Origin: Parcubacteria group bacterium
GTDB lineage: Bacteria; Patescibacteriota; Minisyncoccia; Phycocordibacterales; Phycocordibacteraceae
Reading direction: 5' to 3'
DNA: 64,000 nucleotides
Assembly: GCA_028286615.1 (NCBI GenBank)
Contig: JAQBRG010000003.1
Span: forward strand, 211,800-275,799
This document shows positions 12,125 to 21,596 of the stretch, piece after piece. Under the pieces are notes generated by a model, which did not search any database, was not told the origin of the DNA, and was given only the letters and a program-made list of their open reading frames with translations. Within the stretch, counting starts at the first letter, position 1. The number at the start of each line of letters is the position of its first letter. A program made the position numbers and the translations under genes.

Positions 12125-12245
12125 GGGCGAGTTAGGAATCACCAGTGAGTTTGGTCCCAAGGACTACTAACTATTGATTCGTGCCTCGCGCAAAATCAGC
12201 GCCGCATTTACCAAACGTTATATATTCTGATTAATCTATTATCTT

Positions 12246-14189
12246 ATGTCAGCAGCACCCGCTCCGGCGCCGGCTCCTAACCCACGCTCGAACCCCGAGC
12301 CATTAGCCCCTCGCCCACCACGCGAGCAAACTTCACCTAACCATGGTCCTCGTCCAGAAGGCCCAGGTCGCCCACAAGGCGATCGTCCTCAGCAAGGACG
12401 TCCAGGCCGCGTTGGACGACAAATTCGTCGTACCCTTCGCCGTCCTAACGGACCTTCTTCTACTAACGGTGCCTCTCCTCAAAAGAAAGGTGCGGATTAC
12501 ATTCCTGCTCCCGTAGACGAGAAGACCGTCCGTATTATTCCTCTTGGAGGAGTTGAAGAAGTGGGACGCAACATGTGTGCCATTGAAACAGGCAACGACA
12601 TCTTCGTGATGGACGTTGGTTTCCAGTTCGTGTCTGAAGAAGCAAATCCAGGCGTGGACTACATCCTTCCAAACACAAAGTATCTTGAGAAGAACGCAGA
12701 TCGTGTACGTGCCGTTATTGTGACGCACGGACACCTCGACCACATCGGTGGAGCTCCCTTCCTCATGAATCGTTTCGGCAATCCGCCTATCTACACCATG
12801 AACCTTTCAGCAATCATGCTTGCAAAGCGTCAGGAAGAATACCCGGACATGCCAGCTCTTAACTTGGTTGTCGTTGATCCAAACTCAACCGTTACGATTG
12901 GTTCTACTCGCGTGAAGTTCTTCTCAGTTACGCACTCCATTCCAGACTCAATGGGCGTTTCTATTGAGACTCCTTGGGGCAACGTGGTTGTTACAGGAGA
13001 CCTTAAGCTTGATCACGTGGATGGCGTTCCTGCCAAGCACGAACAAGACAAGTGGGGTGCACTCGGCAAGGACAACAACCTCATGTTCATCGCAGACTCA
13101 ACGAATGCTGAGAAAGACGGATTCTCTATTCCAGAGACCCGTGTTAACCAGACTCTTGAAGACATTGTGAAGACCGTGAAGGGCCGTCTTATTATCGGAA
13201 CCTTCGCCTCACAGTTCGAACGTTTGATCCGTATCATTCAGATTGCTGAGGAGATGGGCAAGAAAGTTGTTACTGAAGGACGCTCAATTAAGACCAACCT
13301 TGAAATTGCCCAGAAGACCGGACTTCTTACGGTTAAGAAGGAGACTATTATTTCCGCACAAGAGATTGGAGACTACCCTCCTGACAAAATAGTTATCCTT
13401 TCAACAGGAGCTCAGGGAGAAGAGTTCGCAGCGCTTATGCGTATTGCAACCAAGCAGCACAAGAACATCACGCTTACTCCGCGCGATACTATCGTGCTCT
13501 CCTCTTCGGTTATTCCAGGCAACGAACTTAACGTGCAGAAGTTGAAGGACAACCTTTACCGCAACGACGTTACCCTCATTCACTACCGCACTTCAGACGT
13601 GCACTCAACCGGACACGGAAACTCTGGCGAGCTTGTATGGATCAACCAGCAGGTTAACGCAAAGTTCTTCATGCCCGCATACGGCTTCTACTCCATGACC
13701 AAGTGTCACGCGAAGGCAGTTGAACAAGCGGGACGTGATCGCGATACTATCGTTCTTGCTGATAACGGTTCTGTTATCGATATGATCGAGGGAAAGACAC
13801 TCTACGTGCACAAGGAGAAGGTTCCTTCAGCACCGCTTGTTGTTGACGGCTTCTCTATTGGCGACATTCAGGAGGTTGTTATCCGCGACCGCCAGGCGCT
13901 CGCTAAGGACGGTATGTTCGTTATCATCGCAACCGTTAACCTTAAGACGGGCAAGCTACGCAAGTCTCCGGATATTATCTCCCGCGGTTTCGTATACCTT
14001 CGCGAGTCTCAGGACATGTTGAACCAAGCACGTCTCCTTATTAAGAAGACTGTTGAAGACTCAACTAAAGGCATGAACCCTGTTGACCTTGATTACGTGA
14101 AGAATGCGCTTTCCGATACCATGGCAGGTTATCTCTTCGCACGTACGAACAAGGCACCGATGGTTATTCCGGTTTTGATTGGAGTGTAA
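12246..14189 (+). CDS. rnj: Ribonuclease J (metallo-beta-lactamase/beta-CASP) with ~95-aa Pro/Arg/Gly-rich N-terminal extension
   Basis: VTHGHLDHIGG motif and the beta-CASP region. N-terminus MSAAPAPAPAPNPRSNPEPLAPRPPRE...GRPGRVGRQIRR is low-complexity. Confidence 0.9.
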   Translation: MSAAPAPAPAPNPRSNPEPLAPRPPREQTSPNHGPRPEGPGRPQGDRPQQGRPGRVGRQIRRTLRRPNGPSSTNGASPQKKGADYIPAPVDEKTVRIIPLGGVEEVGRNMCAIETGNDIFVMDVGFQFVSEEANPGVDYILPNTKYLEKNADRVRAVIVTHGHLDHIGGAPFLMNRFGNPPIYTMNLSAIMLAKRQEEYPDMPALNLVVVDPNSTVTIGSTRVKFFSVTHSIPDSMGVSIETPWGNVVVTGDLKLDHVDGVPAKHEQDKWGALGKDNNLMFIADSTNAEKDGFSIPETRVNQTLEDIVKTVKGRLIIGTFASQFERLIRIIQIAEEMGKKVVTEGRSIKTNLEIAQKTGLLTVKKETIISAQEIGDYPPDKIVILSTGAQGEEFAALMRIATKQHKNITLTPRDTIVLSSSVIPGNELNVQKLKDNLYRNDVTLIHYRTSDVHSTGHGNSGELVWINQQVNAKFFMPAYGFYSMTKCHAKAVEQAGRDRDTIVLADNGSVIDMIEGKTLYVHKEKVPSAPLVVDGFSIGDIQEVVIRDRQALAKDGMFVIIATVNLKTGKLRKSPDIISRGFVYLRESQDMLNQARLLIKKTVEDSTKGMNPVDLDYVKNALSDTMAGYLFARTNKAPMVIPVLIGV

Positions 14190-14204
14190 ATTCGCAATTT
14201 GAAC

Positions 14205-14236
14205 AAAACACGCCGCACATGCGGCGTGTTTTTGTT
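14205..14236 (+). terminator. Rho-independent terminator after rnj
   Basis: ACACGCCGCacatGCGGCGTGTTTTTGTTT. Confidence 0.8.
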
Positions 14237-14259
14237 TACAGATGCTAAAATAATATTTA

Positions 14260-15417
14260 ATGCATGCTCGTCGCGTTCTTTCTTTAGGTAACTTCTTTTC
14301 AGTTGCCCACTTCTATCTCATCTTGCCGGTGATAGTGCCGTATTTGGCGACCATGCTTCCAGCTGACAGTGCGGGTCTGGTGGTCTCAGCTGGTGCGTTA
14401 TTTACGCTTATTGCTTTTATGTTCATGCCGCGTCTTATACGAAAGTATGGGGCGCGAAAACTTGCTCTATTCTTTGGATACGCCCAAGCAGTTACGCTTG
14501 TATTGCTCGGAGAGAATCCAGGGCCTGTAATAGCAATTGCGGCGGTGGCAATTGCATGTGCGCTTGCTCCACTTATTGCGTACCAGCTAGACCTTTTGCT
14601 TGAGGCAACAGTTTCTGAAGAAAACAGTACGGGACGCGTGCGCACTGCATTCCTTACTGCGGGGAACGTTGCACTGGTACTCGCCCCCATTGCAGTTGGT
14701 CTCATCTTAGACGGCGCAGAAGCATACTCGCACGTGTTCTTCTATGCAGGGCTTTCTCTCACCCCTTTCCTAGTATTGTTCTTTGTTGACCGTCTTCCAG
14801 AAAAGACTCCCCCATCCATGCATTCAGTGCGTTCGTCGTTCGCGTGCATGCTTAAAGATAAGGATTTGATGGCGGTTGCAGGAAGCAATGCGGTTCTGCA
14901 ATTCTTCTATCATCTAGCTCCGCTTTATATTCCGCTCTATTTGCATACCGCTCTTAACTTCGCCTGGAGCGATCTTGGCTGGATGTTCGCTATTATGCTC
15001 CTCCCCTATTTCTTGCTTGAGTACCCTGCAGGTTATATTGCAGACCGGTGGCTTGGAGACCAAGAACTTCTTCTGGCAGGGTTTGTAATTATGGGTCTGT
15101 CATTTGCTTCTCTTGCGTTCGTAACCTCAACCACGCCACTTGTATTCATTCTCCTTATTCTTGTACTAACGCGAGTGGGCGCGGTATTTGCCGAGGCTAT
15201 GACAGAAGGACATTTCTTCAGGCGTATAACCGCAGAAGACGCGAGTACCGTGAGTATCTTCCGCATGATGCGCCCGAGCGCTGCGCTACTCGCTCCTGTC
15301 TCTGCGAGTGTACTTTTGTTTGCAGGTGGCAGCTACGCGATGCTATTTATTCTCTTTGGTCTCGCTATAGCCGCAGCCGGAAGCCTCTGTGCTTTTCGTA
15401 TTCAGGATATTAAATAA
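14260..15417 (+). CDS. MFS transporter
   Basis: 385 aa with about 12 TM segments and MFS-like topology. Confidence 0.7.
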   Translation: MHARRVLSLGNFFSVAHFYLILPVIVPYLATMLPADSAGLVVSAGALFTLIAFMFMPRLIRKYGARKLALFFGYAQAVTLVLLGENPGPVIAIAAVAIACALAPLIAYQLDLLLEATVSEENSTGRVRTAFLTAGNVALVLAPIAVGLILDGAEAYSHVFFYAGLSLTPFLVLFFVDRLPEKTPPSMHSVRSSFACMLKDKDLMAVAGSNAVLQFFYHLAPLYIPLYLHTALNFAWSDLGWMFAIMLLPYFLLEYPAGYIADRWLGDQELLLAGFVIMGLSFASLAFVTSTTPLVFILLILVLTRVGAVFAEAMTEGHFFRRITAEDASTVSIFRMMRPSAALLAPVSASVLLFAGGSYAMLFILFGLAIAAAGSLCAFRIQDIK

Positions 15418-15420
15418 GTA

Positions 15421-16245
15421 CTAACTTGGGAGCTGGTATCGGCTTTTAGAGGTTAGTTCTATAAAGCCTTCTTTTAGGAGTGCTTGAAGCTGCAACGTCA
15501 TCTGCTCTGTACGGTCTGGACCTAGAAGGTTTGCTAGCTGTTCTGAACTCTTAGAGCCTGTGCTTAGCGCTTTTAGAATTGCCCCTCGCGCCTGTCTTGC
15601 TGAACCGTTAAACGCTTTCTGTTTGGTATAGGTTGAAGCACGTGCGTTAACACGTACTCCCGAACGCTTGAGGTATGAGCCGTAGTCCATGAGAGCTGCG
15701 TACCACTCCCGCGAACCCCTTTCTGGCGTTGCTTTTGGGAGTACCTTCTCAAGTATTGAAAGAACCTCTACATCAGACACCCTCCCCTCTCCTGGAAAGA
15801 AATGATGCGTAACAACCGTACGTAGATTTGTTTCTACAAAGACAACCGGTTGATTGGTTGCAAAGGCTACAACCGCGCGTGCAGTATAGGGACCTACGCC
15901 CGGCAACGCTTCAAGTTGCTCGGGATTCGTTGGCATCTTGCCTTTGTATTCTTCTACAACTCTCTTTGCCGCTTCATGCAGCATCTTTGCTCTTCGGTTG
16001 TATCCTAGTCCCTGCCAAGAAAGGAGTACTTCTCCGAGAGAAGCCTTTGCGAGTGCCTGCACGGTTGGAAACTTTGTTAGAAAGGCTTTGTAGAAAGGCA
16101 TAACCCGTTCAACCTGGGTTTGCTGCAACATTATTTCCGATACCAGAATACGGTATGGGTCATGCGTCTTTCGCCACGGCAGATTGTGTCTGCCATGTTC
16201 TTTGTAGAACTTCCAAACAAGAGCTCTAAACTTTTGCGGTGTCAT
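15421..16245 (-). CDS. HhH-GPD base-excision glycosylase, MutY-like catalytic domain, no cysteines (no Fe-S cluster), C-terminal winged-helix-like tail
   Basis: ILVSEIMLQQTQVERV...LPGVGPYTA is MutY/EndoIII-like, including the HhH-GPD loop. The whole 274-aa sequence contains no Cys. Confidence 0.75.
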   Translation of the reverse strand: MTPQKFRALVWKFYKEHGRHNLPWRKTHDPYRILVSEIMLQQTQVERVMPFYKAFLTKFPTVQALAKASLGEVLLSWQGLGYNRRAKMLHEAAKRVVEEYKGKMPTNPEQLEALPGVGPYTARAVVAFATNQPVVFVETNLRTVVTHHFFPGEGRVSDVEVLSILEKVLPKATPERGSREWYAALMDYGSYLKRSGVRVNARASTYTKQKAFNGSARQARGAILKALSTGSKSSEQLANLLGPDRTEQMTLQLQALLKEGFIELTSKSRYQLPS

Positions 16246-16477
16246 GCACCTCAGCAGGAGGAACAGGGGTTGCGTGCGTAACGAATGGAGCTTCTGGGAT
16301 TATTGCCATGGCAACTACGTAGCCAAGAATACCCGGGATTATGCCAGTGAATACAGAGGCGAAAATGTACACAAGACGGATGAGGAGAGGGTCGGTATCA
16401 AAGTATTCTCCTATCCCTCCCATAACCCCTGCAATTACCTTGTGCTCTGAGCTCTTCGTTAGTTTTTTCGTGATCAT
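16226..16477 (-). CDS. PspC-domain membrane protein
   Basis: LTKSSEHKVIAGVMGGIGEYFDTDPLLIRLVYIF matches the PspC domain pattern. Confidence 0.75.
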   Translation of the reverse strand: MITKKLTKSSEHKVIAGVMGGIGEYFDTDPLLIRLVYIFASVFTGIIPGILGYVVAMAIIPEAPFVTHATPVPPAEVHDTAKV

Positions 16478-16514
16478 ACGTACAGTATATCAAATACTAC
16501 TCTGGATGCTTTTA

Positions 16515-16967
16515 TTAAGTAGCGGGTGGATTCTGACGTAGTCTTAAGTCGGTATATCGTTGCGCGTATCCCTTTAGCACATCCAGTGGGACATTCTCGG
16601 GCCAATTGAATACATGTAGCGCGTCGTCCCCCGGTACGGGTTTCCACCCACGTCGCTCATACATTCCTTTGGCGGGATTGCCATCTATAATGGCATCCAC
16701 CAATACGCCAGGTCTCTTTCTATCTTTAAGAAACTTCTCTACTTGTTCCATTATTTGAGAAGCGTATCCTTGTCCACTAAACTCATGCTCTACATATAAG
16801 TCTGTTACTTGAAAGAGCCGTAAGGGTTTCGAATAGTAATCAATAGTAGCAGCTCCAATCTTTTCTCCACCCACAAAAAGATCTAATCTTCTTTCGGGAT
16901 AACCCTCTTCTTCCAGGGATTCTTTTGGAGAAACATATTTAATTTCTGGTCCCTTTTCATTTGACAT
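16515..16967 (-). CDS. GNAT family N-acetyltransferase
   Basis: 150 aa with an acetyl-CoA-binding-like segment (QGYASQIMEQVEKFLK...). Confidence 0.6.
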   Translation of the reverse strand: MSNEKGPEIKYVSPKESLEEEGYPERRLDLFVGGEKIGAATIDYYSKPLRLFQVTDLYVEHEFSGQGYASQIMEQVEKFLKDRKRPGVLVDAIIDGNPAKGMYERRGWKPVPGDDALHVFNWPENVPLDVLKGYAQRYTDLRLRQNPPAT

Positions 16968-16989
16968 AGGTTTATGTTATCCCACTCCA

Positions 16990-17682
16990 CTAGATCTCGT
17001 AAATAACGTCCTTTCGCTCCACAACAATATCCCACTCCTTTTGTTTTGCATGTCTGTACAGGAGTCTGTTCGGGTTAAATGCTATGGGGTGCTCAACCAA
17101 CTCAAGCATTGAGATGTCGCTTTCAGTGTCGCCAACTGCGTAGGAGCCATTAAGTGTTAAGTTCCCCTTTTCAACTGCGCGCTTAAGTACGCTCGATTTG
17201 TTCATAATCACATGCTCTTCGGCAACCGTACCAGTGAAGCAACCAGTTGCGTCGGTTTCGTAAAAGGTACCGTAGGATTTGTCGAAGCCGAGCTCGTAGG
17301 CAAAACCGTCAACAATAAACTTTGGTGAGTGCGATACGGCAAGGAGATAGTATCCCTTTCCTTTGAGTTCTTTAATAAGGTCACGGGTATATTGGTATAC
17401 GCGTTCTTTCTTAGATTCAATAATCTCCCCGGCCACATCTGCCAGATCTACGTAGCGAAGTCCTTTCGCATGCTTAGCAAAAGCGAGTACAACTTTCTGT
17501 ATATAAGGACCGTACTCCCCTCTACGATTCATCCACATCTCCTGCGCATCCTCGTACGTCTTGCGTAATTCTTTTGGAAAGATATCTCGTTCGATAAGAG
17601 CTTCTACAAGCTCAATAAGGAGCGAGGAACGAAAGACCGTTCCATCTATATCAAACGCTGCTACCGGAGGCTGTGTGTTCAT
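16990..17682 (-). CDS. HAD-superfamily hydrolase (HAD-IB/SerB-like)
   Basis: N-terminal FDIDGTV motif I and C-terminal GDTESD motif. Confidence 0.8.
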   Translation of the reverse strand: MNTQPPVAAFDIDGTVFRSSLLIELVEALIERDIFPKELRKTYEDAQEMWMNRRGEYGPYIQKVVLAFAKHAKGLRYVDLADVAGEIIESKKERVYQYTRDLIKELKGKGYYLLAVSHSPKFIVDGFAYELGFDKSYGTFYETDATGCFTGTVAEEHVIMNKSSVLKRAVEKGNLTLNGSYAVGDTESDISMLELVEHPIAFNPNRLLYRHAKQKEWDIVVERKDVIYEI

Positions 17683-17696
17683 ATCGAAATATTACC

Positions 17697-18380
17697 TTAT
17701 TTAGCCTTTGGCCAGCGATGGGCTGCCGGAGGCCAGATCTTGGTTAATGGGTGCTTGCTGCACTCATGTGGAATTGCATTACATACGTAACGGCCATAGA
17801 GCACGAGTCCGTTATTAACGAACTTCCAATCCGCTTTCGGGATGAGTTCTTCCAGGTCTTTTGAAATCTTTGTTAGCTCAGTATGGCTCGTTAAATCAAA
17901 ACGAAGTGCGAAACGCCTTACATGCGTATCAGTTGGAATGCCTTCCCATATATTGTGTAACTCTCCGAGCACTACGTGCGCTGTCTTGTATGCAACTCCT
18001 GGCAAACGTATGAGTTCTTCTTCAGTCTTTGGAATCTTTCCTTTGAATTCGTCTCGAACTAGCTGCGCTGAAGCAATAATATGTTTAGCTTTGGTGCGGT
18101 GATAGGTTATGCTCGAGGTCTCTTCAGAAAGAGTTGCCCAGTCCGCATTCGCAAAATCATTCACGCTTTTATATTTCTTAAACAGCTTTTCTGTAACAGC
18201 GTTAACTTTCTTGTCCGTACACTGAGCAGATAGCATAACTGACACAACCAATTGAAAAGGCGTCTTGTATGCGAGTTCTGTCTTTGGAATTGCATATGCT
18301 TTCTTAAGATATGCGACTATCTTCTTAGCCCGTGCTCTGCGTTCCTCTTGAGTGCTTAGTACCGGGAATCCGCTACTCAT
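17697..18380 (-). CDS. nth: Endonuclease III family glycosylase (HhH-GPD) with degenerate Cys cluster
   Basis: VVSVMLSAQCTDKKVN...LPGVAYKTA are HhH-GPD motifs. Only C-x6-C is present at the C-terminus instead of the full 4-Cys ligand set. Confidence 0.8.
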   Translation of the reverse strand: MSSGFPVLSTQEERRARAKKIVAYLKKAYAIPKTELAYKTPFQLVVSVMLSAQCTDKKVNAVTEKLFKKYKSVNDFANADWATLSEETSSITYHRTKAKHIIASAQLVRDEFKGKIPKTEEELIRLPGVAYKTAHVVLGELHNIWEGIPTDTHVRRFALRFDLTSHTELTKISKDLEELIPKADWKFVNNGLVLYGRYVCNAIPHECSKHPLTKIWPPAAHRWPKAK

Positions 18381-18844
18381 GCGCTCTCTAAATCTTTAAG
18401 AATCTGTTCTGCGTGCAGGTCTGGCTTTACGTTCTCGTATACCTTTTTGATATTCCCGTCTGGACCAATGAGGAAGGAGGTACGGAATACGCCGTCATAC
18501 TCTTTGCCCATAAACTTCTTTCGTCCCCATACGCCATACAAATTAACTACTTCTTTCCCTTCGTCAGCTAAGAGCGTAAACGGAAGTCCGTACTTCTCTG
18601 CGAACTTCTTATGGCTCTTAACCGTATCTGCAGAAATACCGAGCACAATCGCATTGAGCTTGGAGAAATCAGGTAGCGCATCTCTAATTGCACATGCTTG
18701 TTTGGTGCATCCTGGAGTATCGTCTTTGGGATAGAAGTAGATGAGTACATGCTTCCCTTTGTAGTCCGTTAATGAATGTTCCTTTCCGTCTTGGTCTGGA
18801 AGGGTGAAAAGAGGTGCGGGAGATCCAACAGTTGGTAGCGGCAT
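18377..18844 (-). CDS. bcp: Thiol peroxidase Bcp (peroxiredoxin)
   Basis: FYPKDDTPGCT motif with the peroxidatic Cys. 155 aa. Confidence 0.9.
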   Translation of the reverse strand: MPLPTVGSPAPLFTLPDQDGKEHSLTDYKGKHVLIYFYPKDDTPGCTKQACAIRDALPDFSKLNAIVLGISADTVKSHKKFAEKYGLPFTLLADEGKEVVNLYGVWGRKKFMGKEYDGVFRTSFLIGPDGNIKKVYENVKPDLHAEQILKDLESA

Positions 18845-18845
18845 A

Positions 18846-20000
18846 TTATGGAAGGGTCATATCAACCTCTTCCTTCGCAAAGGCGAAATTGTAGGCGATG
18901 GTAATAATGGTACCTATGGCGGCAAACGAAAGCACAAGCGTAACGGCCAGTCCCATTCCAGGGATAACACCGACTAGATACAGTACAAGCATTCCGAGCA
19001 CGGCACTCTGCCAAGTTAGCCGTTCACGCTTGAGTACTCCTCGATACAGAGCCGCTCCAGCCAAGATACCTGCGTAGAGATATCCTGCGATAAGTAGCAG
19101 TACGTAAATAGCCGCAAGGAGAATGGCGACTCCCATGCCAACAAACGAGACAAGGAGCAGGATAATAAAGACAGGAGTTGCAACACACACGCCAAACCCT
19201 AGAAGGGCTAGAAGAATGAAGCTGCGAAGGGATCTTCCAAGAGCTCTGTCTGCAACTCGTTCAGCAAATATTGGGAACAGTCCCCCAACCAACCCCGCAG
19301 CGACAAGTGCTGCAATTACTCGCACTACAAAGAACACGCCCGCTCCTGCTATAGCAAAAGTCTTCGCTTCCTCAACCGTTGGAAGGTACGAGGAAGAACC
19401 GGTGTAAGTAACTCCTCCATGCACCATAGATGAGTCCGGAATCTCAGCTTGCTGCGGTGCATTGTATTTGAGTACACCGTTAATAACAGTACCCTCTGCG
19501 AGAGTAAGTCTGTCTGAGGCAACCACGTCCACGTCTCCATTAAATGTTCCTGACAGAACAATATCCGCGCCGTATGCATACACGGGACCTCCTGAGCCAT
19601 TTAGGTTAATGCTTCCTCCAACGACATGAGTGTCTGAAGCTGTTGTTGAGGCAGTAATGCTTCCCCCGGCGAGCATAAGGTCTCCTGCCACAGTGTCTTC
19701 AATAATTATTCTTCCACCAACAGCACGTACGTCGCCCAGAACAGGCTTCTTAACATCAACAGTGCCGCCAACGGCAAGGACATCGCCCGCCACACTATTG
19801 TTTATGGTTACTGTTGCCCCAGCCGCTATTACATCGGCCTTAAGAGGCGCAACAACTGTTATGTCTGTACCCAACAGGTATGCGTTTGTCGCAGGTGTTT
19901 CAGATACAACCAATGTTCGTTTTGCCTGGAGTTCAGACGCAGAGGCCGCGAAGGGAGCGGCCAGGAAGAGGATGAGCGCTAAAGCGATACTCTGGCGCAT
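18846..20000 (-). CDS. Secreted repeat protein with C-terminal polytopic membrane domain (bactofilin/DUF4097-like G-x-V repeats)
   Basis: Signal peptide, then a repeated GDVLAVGGTVDV / GDLMLAGGSIT beta-helical-like motif, then 5-6 TM helices. Confidence 0.5.
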   Translation of the reverse strand: MRQSIALALILFLAAPFAASASELQAKRTLVVSETPATNAYLLGTDITVVAPLKADVIAAGATVTINNSVAGDVLAVGGTVDVKKPVLGDVRAVGGRIIIEDTVAGDLMLAGGSITASTTASDTHVVGGSINLNGSGGPVYAYGADIVLSGTFNGDVDVVASDRLTLAEGTVINGVLKYNAPQQAEIPDSSMVHGGVTYTGSSSYLPTVEEAKTFAIAGAGVFFVVRVIAALVAAGLVGGLFPIFAERVADRALGRSLRSFILLALLGFGVCVATPVFIILLLVSFVGMGVAILLAAIYVLLLIAGYLYAGILAGAALYRGVLKRERLTWQSAVLGMLVLYLVGVIPGMGLAVTLVLSFAAIGTIITIAYNFAFAKEEVDMTLP

Positions 20001-20069
20001 ATGTCAAAAGTATACCGCTTCATAAAACTTCATCAAAACTTGACCTTTGGAAAGTATACTGGTGTTTAT

Positions 20070-20474
20070 ATGGAACCCGTACAGAAAACAGAGGAGGAGT
20101 GGAAGGAAGAATTAACCCCTGAAGAATATAAGGTTATGCGTGAGAAAGGAACGGAGGCACCTTTTACTGGTGAGTTCGTAGATAATCACAAGGACGGTAC
20201 CTATAGATGCAAAGCATGTAATGCAGTGTTGTTTGGTTCAGACACCAAGTTTGATTCTGGCTCTGGTTGGCCTTCCTTTACGGATCCTAAGGTTGCCGCA
20301 AACGTTGGTACTCGTTCAGACGACGAACACGGTATGCACCGCACAGAAGTGTATTGCAAGAATTGTGGAGCGCACTTAGGACACGTGTTTGAAGACGGAC
20401 CCAAAGACAAGGGTGGCAAAAGATACTGCATCAACTCTGTCTGTCTTGCGTTTGAAGAAGAAAAGAAAGATTGA
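20070..20474 (+). CDS. msrB: Peptide-methionine (R)-S-oxide reductase MsrB
   Basis: CxxC...CxxC zinc site, SGWPSF and the HLGHVFEDGP motif. ATG at 20070 (MEPVQK) is preferred over the track start at 20001. Confidence 0.9.
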   Translation: MEPVQKTEEEWKEELTPEEYKVMREKGTEAPFTGEFVDNHKDGTYRCKACNAVLFGSDTKFDSGSGWPSFTDPKVAANVGTRSDDEHGMHRTEVYCKNCGAHLGHVFEDGPKDKGGKRYCINSVCLAFEEEKKD

Positions 20475-20489
20475 CGCTTTCAGCACAGA

Positions 20490-20525
20490 ATAGGCGCCCT
20501 CATTAAGTTGAGGACGCCTATTTTC
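20490..20525. terminator. Rho-independent terminator after msrB, left boundary of the GC-rich islet
   Basis: ATAGGCGCCCTCattaagttGAGGACGCCTATTTT. Confidence 0.7.
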
Positions 20526-20540
20526 GTGAAAAGAAAAAGT

Positions 20541-21047
20541 TTAGATGTACGGACGAAGCGCGTTTTCGAGAGCCTTGACTCGAACCTTGCCCCCCGATTG
20601 CTGCGGTTGGAACGCCACTTGCGCATGCTGTCCGCAATATGGCCCTTCATCAAGATCGAGCTTCCGTCCGCAGAAAGTGAAGCTGTCGGCGCACGGATCT
20701 CCTATGGGCCACTTGCACATATGCGCGCCGAGAGTGAGAACGGTTGCTGAACCCGGCGACTCGCAGTAGAGGGAACGGAAACTATCCGGAGCCTCGTGAA
20801 CCACCGCTTTCTTTGGCAGAGGCGGGGATGCGACCGCGACAAGCCGACGAGCAGGCCTGGGTGCGGGAGCCGCCTGTACCCTACGCGGCTTTGAAGCAGT
20901 CTCGCGGCCCGAAAGTCCCAACCGATGCACCTTGCCGATAACTGCATTGCGACTTGTACCGCCCAGCTTTTTTGCGACCTGACTTGCCGACAACCCGTCG
21001 AGCCAAAGTTTCTTGAGAAGAGCAACGCGTTCATCATCCCAACCCAT
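20541..21047 (-). CDS. gcrA: GcrA-family cell-cycle regulator homolog
   Basis: MGWDDERVALLKKLWLDGLSASQVAKKLGGTSRNAVIGKVHRLGLSGR at the N-terminus, and C-terminal CKWPIGDP...FCG...PYC..H, match the GcrA family. GC3-rich codons. Confidence 0.8.
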   Translation of the reverse strand: MGWDDERVALLKKLWLDGLSASQVAKKLGGTSRNAVIGKVHRLGLSGRETASKPRRVQAAPAPRPARRLVAVASPPLPKKAVVHEAPDSFRSLYCESPGSATVLTLGAHMCKWPIGDPCADSFTFCGRKLDLDEGPYCGQHAQVAFQPQQSGGKVRVKALENALRPYI

Positions 21048-21250
21048 GCTACAGCTCCCATCTGAAATACCGGTGTGACCGCCGGCAGTGTATGAGAAAT
21101 GCGAAGAACTTTAGAAGCCCTTCTGGTTTGGATAATACACCCGCGTCATGCAGCTATCCCCATGTGCATCCATTCGTAACAAAAGCGTGTCCATATTGTC
21201 TTGTTTGACACATCCTAAATTCAGGTGTCTACTTACTTCAGGTTAGAACA

Positions 21251-21293
21251 CCTCCCCCGCAGCCGGCCTCCTTGGGACTTGCTTCGGGGGAGG
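21251..21293. repeat. Inverted repeat CCTCCCCCG-N25-CGGGGGAGG upstream of the gcrA-like gene
   Basis: Perfect 9-bp arms at 21251-21259 and 21285-21293. Confidence 0.5.
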
Positions 21294-21360
21294 ACACGAG
21301 ACGATTGGTCTTGGCAATGCATAGTCGTGCATTGATAAACCATCCTCCCCGATATTAGGT

Positions 21361-21585
21361 ATGCCAGTACTAAAGGCACTTGGTCTCGGGGTCGTGATCA
21401 TCGTTCTCAAGGTTCTCACCCCGCAGATCTTTTCTGAACTTCAAGGGACAGCTATAGCATTTCTGCATGGCGCCCACGTTTCTGCTGACATGGCCACAGA
21501 TTTAGCCGCGAGCGCTGGAACATCTATCGAATTCTCGAATGCTCCGCCCAGGCTTCCTCAGGCACCACAGATCGTAGGCTACTAG
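21361..21585 (+). CDS. Hypothetical small protein in the GC-rich islet (doubtful)
   Basis: 74-aa ORF with GC3-rich codons followed by a strong terminator. No family assigned. It could equally be noncoding. Confidence 0.3.
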   Translation: MPVLKALGLGVVIIVLKVLTPQIFSELQGTAIAFLHGAHVSADMATDLAASAGTSIEFSNAPPRLPQAPQIVGY

Positions 21586-21596
21586 CTTCCCTCTCA

